Origin: Thalassolituus hydrocarboniclasticus
GTDB lineage: Bacteria; Pseudomonadota; Gammaproteobacteria; Pseudomonadales; Oceanobacteraceae
Direction: 5' to 3'
Assembly: GCF_025345565.1 (NCBI RefSeq)
Contig: NZ_CP054475.1
Coordinates: 2,844,006-2,876,005, forward strand
Length of the DNA: 32,000 nt
In this document: positions 27,052-32,000 of the stretch, in pieces
Numbering within the stretch: the stretch's first letter is position 1
Layout of the letters: each line of letters begins with the position of its first letter
Notes under the pieces: model-generated
Database searches by the model: none
Told to the model about the DNA's origin: nothing
What the model saw: only the letters and a program-made list of their open reading frames with translations
Program-made: the position numbers and the translations under genes

Positions 27052-27489
27052 TTATCCGGCTGCCCGTACCGGACCATTTCCCCAGTCCTGAGCCATCTGA
27101 CGCTGCAGCCCGGCCAGATCGACCAGTGTATTCTGGCTGCAGACTCTGCCCCGGCGGATTTCCCAGGTAGACACTGCGCTGAAGCTAATCACTTTATTAT
27201 TGGGAGGAAAACCGAACAGGGGTTTCTGAAAGGAGCCGCTGAATGTCGATATCGTTATAACGCGATCATCTTCAGCCATGATGTCTTCAACCGACACATC
27301 AAGATCGGCAATCGAAGTGCGGATTTGTTTGACGTATTCAACGAAGGTATCAATGTCTTTAAAACCTTCGGCAAAGGTCGTGTGGTAAACAAAATCGGGA
27401 GTCGCAATCTGACGCAGCAAATTGAAACGGCCGGTATTCCAGGACAGATTAATAAAGTGTTCGACGAGTTGTTTGTTGCGCTCTGACAT
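27052..27489 (-). CDS. SnoaL-like / NTF2-fold protein (predicted ester cyclase family)
   Basis: 145 aa. It has the NKQLVEHFINLSWNTG... pattern, a central ADLDVSVEDIMAEDDRVI and TWEIRRGRV near the end, all typical of SnoaL-like cyclase-fold proteins. The assignment is by motif recollection only. Confidence 0.6.
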   Translation of the reverse strand: MSERNKQLVEHFINLSWNTGRFNLLRQIATPDFVYHTTFAEGFKDIDTFVEYVKQIRTSIADLDVSVEDIMAEDDRVITISTFSGSFQKPLFGFPPNNKVISFSAVSTWEIRRGRVCSQNTLVDLAGLQRQMAQDWGNGPVRAAG

Positions 27490-27658
27490 GGCGGATCCTT
27501 GCCTTACACAGTGAACATTCCTTTAAACAAGCCACTGTCAGCCTGCTTATCTATGTCTCGGACATTCTGGGTCACAGTGACGTAATTTTCCACTCTAATA
27601 TTTTGTAAGATATCTCGCACAACAATGCGCGATCACCCCGCTATGGAGTGATCACGGT

Positions 27659-30600
27659 TTATTTCTTGGAGTTATTCATTGCTTCAAACTGCTGCTTCAC
27701 ATAATCCAGAGTAGTATTAAGAGTGGAAATAATGGAGTCGTTGTACAGGAACTGGGCTTTAAGCCGCGCCTCCTGCGCAGAAATCCGCGCTTCCATACGG
27801 CTGCGATCTTCATCAACCGCTTCCAGTTCATCATCCAGCCCCGACTGTTTAACCCCGATGACACTCTTCTGGCCATTAAGGAAACTGTCCATAATATCTT
27901 TCAGTTGATCGCCGAAGCCGGTGATATAGGTCACACTGCCACGCTCGCCGACATTGCCACCGGTCACTTTCAGACGCAGACCGGAAGCATCATCGATCGT
28001 ACCCACCTGGTCTTTACCCGGCTCGCCATCACCCGCGCCCCGGACAAAACCAAAAACAGCAGCGGCTTCATTGGAAAAATCCATTATTTCAACAGACGAT
28101 GACGCACCGGTTGAAGCAGAAATAATGCCGAATTTATTATTGGCAAAGGATGCAGGGTCATCTGTAAATTCTACTTTTACAGCAATACTTTCATCTTTAA
28201 ATGCTGCGGTATCATTAATCGCCTGCTGCAGTGCCTGAGCCAGAGTTGCACCACTGTTGTAGGTCGCAGGCTGATTTAATGTTACTTCGGCTTCAACACC
28301 ATCGATCTTAATTTTAAAGGTGTTATTGGTTGCATCGATATTCACCGGGGTCGAAAAGTCCGCCGCTTCATTACCGATGTAATAGCCATTACTGGCTTTC
28401 ACATTACCATCTACCGCTCGCAGGAACTGGCCGCTACCCGTTGCTTCAATACCGTTGATGGTACCGGCAACGTCTTTGCCTTTAGCCGTTGATGGCGAGT
28501 ACTGACTGACATCCTGCAGGCCGAGGAAAGCGATGGATGAGCTGTCCAGTCCGGTAAAACCAACAGCTGTGCCCTGACCACCAATGGTGATATTCAGGGA
28601 GCCCAGATCTGATTCCGGATCGTAAACATAATCAACCACGGCATCCAGATCGTAGCCAAAGGTTCTGGAGGTGTCGGTCAGGCCGAGTCCGTCGTAACCA
28701 TTACTGACGGTTTCAGCCGCAAGGCCCAGCGAGCTTAGCGCTGTACCGCCAAGGTTTTTAATTTCCAGAGCGGCACCGGAGCCAAAGGTCGCAGCGGTTT
28801 TAACACCGTCTTTACTCTGGGTTTCAAAGTACAGCTGACCGCTGTCATCAACGCGGGCTTTCACATCTCCGGCAGCAAATTGCCCGGTCGCAGCCAGTGC
28901 CGTATCCAGCGCCTGCTGAATAACAATCAGATTAGAATCGGCATTATTACTGCCCGTTGTGCCATCACCGCTTACATCCACATTGATGTCGACGCCATCC
29001 AGTGTCAGGGTGAAGGTTGCATTCTGCCCGCCACTGAAATCAATACCGGCAGAAATATCGGCAAAACTGCTGCTTTGTGCACCACGGCCGTCGCTGACAA
29101 CTTCAATATATTCTTCGTGTCCGGTTGCTACCGTAGTTAATTTCAACCCGGTTCCGTCCAGACTGGCGCTGACCACACCTGCACCAAAAGCATTATCCAG
29201 GGCGGTCTGAATATCGACGATGTTGTCACCGGAGTCGCTGTTCACCAGCACATCTTTTTCCACACCCGACACATTCAGGCGGAAGCCGGCATTAGTCGCC
29301 GAAAAATCAATGTTGGTGCTGATATCACGGGTTGCCGTTGCAGTTTCCGCGCCTTTAACCGCACCGGCAAAATTAGCATCAGCGGCCAGCGTAATATTTA
29401 ACTGATTCTGAATCTCTGCCGCTAACGCATCGCCTGTTGCATAAGTACCGGCCGGAACAGATACCTTGGTGGCACTTTCGATACCATCGACCTGTACGTT
29501 AAATTCTACCGGTGAGCCAAAGGTCAGCCCCGGATCTTTACCGTTAGTCTGTACGCCCTGAGTACCATTAAGGCCCAGCTGCACATCCGAAGTATTAGTG
29601 CCAACCGCAGTCAGCTCAATACTGCGCGCCGTGCCTTCGGCCACGGTTTCAAAAATCAGATAGCCGTTGTCATCAAAGGACGCCGTTACCTGGCCATTCA
29701 GTGCGGTTGCATCAATAGCAGTCTGGATAGCCTGCAGGGTATCTTTCCTGTCACCAAATACCCCATCACCATTCAGATCCTGGCCATTGGCATTCTGATT
29801 AACCACAACAGCTACCGGACCATTACCATCAACGTCGAGAGAAAAGCTCGCGTTACTGACCGAAAAATTGATTCCGGTACTGGCAGAAACTGAGGTATTA
29901 CCAATCTGAGTAGTCGCACCTTTACCATTAAAAGCTTCGGCATTCAGCGTGGTCAGCTCGACGCCTTGATAGGTACCCTGACCAAGCTTATTAAAGCCCA
30001 GCGTGTTGGCCAGATTAGGATCGACAGCCGCAAAATACACCTGTGACTCGGAGCCGTATTTGTTTGAGGTAATGGAAAAGTTTTTATCCGTAGCACTGTA
30101 ATCAACCGAAACACTGTGCCCATATTTAGACAGGGTTTCACTGCTGTTAATCTGCAGCGCCAATTGCTTGGCCAGATCCTCACCAGAGCTGTAACTGCCA
30201 TGGGTCAGCTCAATACTGGCGGTCTGACCATTTACGTTAATACGGAAATTATCGTTGCTTTCATCAATCACAACCGGCGAAGAAAAATCCAGCGAAGACA
30301 GTGATCCACCAACGTATTTAGCCTGACTCGCTAATTGAGTAATATTGACGTCATAGGTGCCCGGCTTGGTATTAATCGAGTCGTTGACATAAGTAATCTG
30401 GCTGTCGGTGGTGGTACCGGATTTAGCCAGCAGGCCCACAATAGACGCCCGGTCTTCTGTCATCGCTTTTTTGAATTTGGCCGTATTAAAATCCAGCTGG
30501 TAGTCATTATCCCGGTTGGTATCAACCCCCAGCTCGGTCAGTGAGCGGTATTTACCGGTTAAGCCAACGATAGGTTCGCTGATCATCGCGCGGATCTGCG

Positions 30601-31609
30601 ACATCATCGTACGGATGGTAGAGTCACCCAGTAACAGGCCCGCCTGTTGCTTGTCCACGTCATAACCGGACAGATCATCAACAAAGGTTTTCAGCTCATT
30701 ATAGGCATCGACAAAACCCTGAATACTTTCCGACAGTTTGTCGGTATCGGCACTGACTGTAACGCTGATGTTTTTACCGACATCGGCATTTTTAAGATTA
30801 AGGGTCACCCCTTTAATCACTTCATCTACGGAGTTACTGCTGCGGGTGATGGTCAGGCCGTTAACATTCAGCTGCGCGTCTTCGCCGCGGCTGGTCTGGC
30901 TCATATTGGCGGCAGTATTCTGGTTTTCATTAAAGGCCAGTGCACCCAGCCCGCCACTGAGCATCGCGCCGGACTCGTCCAGCGCGACAATACGCATGGC
31001 ATTTTCAGCCCCGGTTTCTTCCGAGGTCATCAGCAGACGATAGCCGCTGCCATCGTTGATGATACTGGCGGTTACACCCATATCGGCATTATTGATCGCG
31101 TCGCGGATACCGCTGAGGGTGCGGTTGGAGTCGTCGATAGTAATGGTTTTGCCGAGACGATCCGGATTCAGGTCTTGGCTGACAAAATTGCCGCCGGCGC
31201 CATAGGTGATATCACCAAAGGTAAATACCAGTTTTCCGATACCAATAATTTCGTCAAAGCTGCTGTAGGTTTGTGTTGCCAGGGAATGGGATTTAGCCGT
31301 GTTCAGCACTTCGACATTATAGGTGCCCGGCTCGGACAGGCTGGAGGTTGTTGCGGTCAGAATATCTTCATCAGACGACGTCGCCGTGGTTGAGCTTACC
31401 AGACTCGGGCTGGACAAATTGTTAGCCGCAGACTGTACCTTCGCCATCATCGACTGAATTTCACCATAGGCGGTGATTTTGGCTTCCACCAGCTGCTGAC
31501 GGCTATCCAGACGCAGCGATGTTGCCTCTTTCTCTGCACTGATGATTTTTTCCACCAGATCCGTAGTCAGAACTCCTGACCCTAATCCCAGTGATTCTAT
31601 CGACGCCAT
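27659..31609 (-). CDS. fliD: Flagellar filament cap protein FliD (hook-associated protein 2), giant 1316-aa form
   Basis: The N-terminus (SLGLGSGVLTTDLVEKIISAEKEATSLRLDSRQQL), the canonical IN-type unit (ITIDDSNRTLSGIRDAINNADMGVTASIINDGSGYRLLMTSEETG), LLLGDSTIRTMMSQIR and the C-terminal coiled coil (RMEARISAQEARLKAQFLYNDSIISTLNTTLDYVKQQ) are all FliD-like. A GGGGGAA RBS precedes it, and it lies directly downstream of flaG. Confidence 0.85.
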   Translation of the reverse strand: MASIESLGLGSGVLTTDLVEKIISAEKEATSLRLDSRQQLVEAKITAYGEIQSMMAKVQSAANNLSSPSLVSSTTATSSDEDILTATTSSLSEPGTYNVEVLNTAKSHSLATQTYSSFDEIIGIGKLVFTFGDITYGAGGNFVSQDLNPDRLGKTITIDDSNRTLSGIRDAINNADMGVTASIINDGSGYRLLMTSEETGAENAMRIVALDESGAMLSGGLGALAFNENQNTAANMSQTSRGEDAQLNVNGLTITRSSNSVDEVIKGVTLNLKNADVGKNISVTVSADTDKLSESIQGFVDAYNELKTFVDDLSGYDVDKQQAGLLLGDSTIRTMMSQIRAMISEPIVGLTGKYRSLTELGVDTNRDNDYQLDFNTAKFKKAMTEDRASIVGLLAKSGTTTDSQITYVNDSINTKPGTYDVNITQLASQAKYVGGSLSSLDFSSPVVIDESNDNFRINVNGQTASIELTHGSYSSGEDLAKQLALQINSSETLSKYGHSVSVDYSATDKNFSITSNKYGSESQVYFAAVDPNLANTLGFNKLGQGTYQGVELTTLNAEAFNGKGATTQIGNTSVSASTGINFSVSNASFSLDVDGNGPVAVVVNQNANGQDLNGDGVFGDRKDTLQAIQTAIDATALNGQVTASFDDNGYLIFETVAEGTARSIELTAVGTNTSDVQLGLNGTQGVQTNGKDPGLTFGSPVEFNVQVDGIESATKVSVPAGTYATGDALAAEIQNQLNITLAADANFAGAVKGAETATATRDISTNIDFSATNAGFRLNVSGVEKDVLVNSDSGDNIVDIQTALDNAFGAGVVSASLDGTGLKLTTVATGHEEYIEVVSDGRGAQSSSFADISAGIDFSGGQNATFTLTLDGVDINVDVSGDGTTGSNNADSNLIVIQQALDTALAATGQFAAGDVKARVDDSGQLYFETQSKDGVKTAATFGSGAALEIKNLGGTALSSLGLAAETVSNGYDGLGLTDTSRTFGYDLDAVVDYVYDPESDLGSLNITIGGQGTAVGFTGLDSSSIAFLGLQDVSQYSPSTAKGKDVAGTINGIEATGSGQFLRAVDGNVKASNGYYIGNEAADFSTPVNIDATNNTFKIKIDGVEAEVTLNQPATYNSGATLAQALQQAINDTAAFKDESIAVKVEFTDDPASFANNKFGIISASTGASSSVEIMDFSNEAAAVFGFVRGAGDGEPGKDQVGTIDDASGLRLKVTGGNVGERGSVTYITGFGDQLKDIMDSFLNGQKSVIGVKQSGLDDELEAVDEDRSRMEARISAQEARLKAQFLYNDSIISTLNTTLDYVKQQFEAMNNSKK
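28070..30289 (-). repeat. At least six divergent IN-motif-like coding modules inside fliD
   Basis: The motif [DNT]F[SG]-x(3-12)-F-x-[ILV]-x-[VIL]-[DNS]-G starts at FliD residues 441, 581, 696, 768, 857 and 1084. Each copy is followed 15-30 aa later by an amphipathic helix such as LAKQLALQINSS, LQAIQTAIDAT, LAAEIQNQLNIT, IVDIQTALDNAF, IVIQQALDTAL or LAQALQQAINDT. Confidence 0.65.
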
Positions 31610-31668
31610 ACCTGTTCCCCCGTGTTACCGAACCATCCGGTCTGTATCAAGCTTAGATGGCCCTGAAA

Positions 31669-31710
31669 CAAAAAACCCTGTACTGGCTTTATCGGCCAAT
31701 GCAGGGTTTT
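31669..31710 (-). terminator. Rho-independent terminator between flaG and fliD
   Basis: The minus-strand RNA reads AAAACCCUG-CAUUGGC-CGAUAAA-GCCAGUA-CAGGGUUUUUUG. This is a composite stem (CCCUG/CAGGG plus the inner AUUGGC/GCCAGU) followed by a U6 run, about 40 nt after the flaG stop. Confidence 0.55.
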
Positions 31711-31746
31711 CTGAAGGGTTGTTTACCTAACCCATACACTGATCAC

Positions 31747-32000
31747 CTAAACTTGCGCGCTGAACAATAAAGATGGTTCCTCATCATTCAATTTCTGCGC
31801 CAGTTCCAGAGCCAGCTCACTGGGAATCTGTCGGATCAGTTCCGATGATGCCCGGTCATAGACGCGGATAATGGTTTTACCGCTATCTTCGTCCAGCTGG
31901 AAATCCAGTGTTCTTTCTGTTTGCTGTACATACTCATTGATACGGGAAATTGCTTCTCTGACCTGATCTTTATTCAGTTCCGCAACTTTCTCAGTTCCAA
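31747..32000 (-). CDS. flaG: FlaG-family flagellar protein (3' part; the start lies outside the window)
   Basis: My own minus-strand translation gives ...GTEKVAELNKDQVREAISRINEYVQQTERTLDFQLDEDSGKTIIRVYDRASSELIRQIPSELALELAQKLNDEEPSLLFSAQV*. The L-F-x-DE-x-G-x-x-I-x-V-x-D-x-x-x-x-E-x-IRQIP-x-E pattern is the FlaG signature. The gene is absent from the ORF track. Confidence 0.75.
   Translation of the reverse strand, partial: GTEKVAELNKDQVREAISRINEYVQQTERTLDFQLDEDSGKTIIRVYDRASSELIRQIPSELALELAQKLNDEEPSLLFSAQV

Noticed and set aside
27571-27581. The perfect 11-bp palindrome GTCACAGTGAC upstream of the SnoaL-like gene, and the nearby ACAGTG...CACTGT dyad (27509-27538)
   Set aside because: Both are short enough to occur by chance, and I have no known regulator consensus to attach to them.
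27627-27656. The GATCAC...GTGATC hairpin just downstream of the fliD stop, considered as a terminator
   Set aside because: The stem is 6 bp with a 12-nt loop and no downstream T-run on the minus strand, which is too weak to call.
20712-27658. The block between fliD and fliS, considered as a mobile element or genomic island
   Set aside because: I found no integrase, transposase, tRNA or flanking direct or inverted repeats. The block contains the essential prfB-lysS operon and ung. A chromosomal rearrangement is more plausible than a mobile insertion.
30647-31393. A 248-aa plus-strand ORF antisense to fliD. Similar shadow ORFs lie at 11913..12563, 883..1398, 24238..24771, 25344..25808 and 17435..17941.
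   Set aside because: All lie wholly inside strongly supported minus-strand genes. None has a recognisable domain or a translation signal, so I treat them as antisense artefacts.
31647-31665. A sigma-54-like GGGCC-N-GCTTGA upstream of fliD
   Set aside because: The GG-to-GC spacing is one nucleotide short of the canonical spacing, and the -12 element is GCTTGA rather than TTGC. I could not call any fliD promoter with confidence.
1-32000. A search for CRISPR arrays, rRNA or tRNA genes, integron or IS features, and defence-system-like gene sets
   Set aside because: I saw no regularly spaced direct repeats, no tRNA- or rRNA-like sequence in the short intergenic regions, and no nuclease, helicase or methylase cassettes. 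Every long ORF is accounted for by flagellar, chemotaxis or housekeeping functions, apart from the TPR-methyltransferase and the SnoaL-like gene.

Overview
This window is a gammaproteobacterial polar-flagellum and chemotaxis region. It follows the Pseudomonas/Oceanospirillales-style FleQ-FleSR hierarchy and is transcribed almost entirely on the minus strand. Gene order on the minus strand (right to left) is: flaG (3' part), a giant 1316-aa fliD, then a 6.9-kb block [SnoaL-like, bfd(+), prfB-lysS-ung, TPR/SAM-methyltransferase(+)], then fliS, fleQ, fleS, fleR, fliEFGHIJ. These are followed by a complete Aer2/Che2-like chemosensory operon (STAS-cheY-cheA-cheW-MCP-cheR-cheD-cheB), a second STAS gene and the 5' part of a response-regulator gene. 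I read 28 CDS (two partial and absent from the ORF track, several with corrected starts). I also call three canonical-spacing sigma-54 promoters, one sigma-28-like promoter, several rho-independent terminators and the prfB +1 frameshift site. I saw no rRNA, tRNA, CRISPR, transposase or integrase. The observations most worth follow-up are these. (1) FliD carries about 750 extra residues built from at least six divergent copies of an IN-motif-like module. (2) A 672-aa TPR + class-I methyltransferase sits behind a sigma-54 promoter, divergent from an orphaned fliS. (3) An Aer2-like receptor has three tandem 130-aa PAS repeats, a membrane hairpin and a C-terminal EWAEF tether. (4) The chemosensory operon is bracketed by two STAS proteins and a response regulator, which suggests a partner-switching output. 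(5) The fliD-fliS operon is split by essential housekeeping genes. All calls rest on reading the translations and the DNA by eye; no database search or computation was run.
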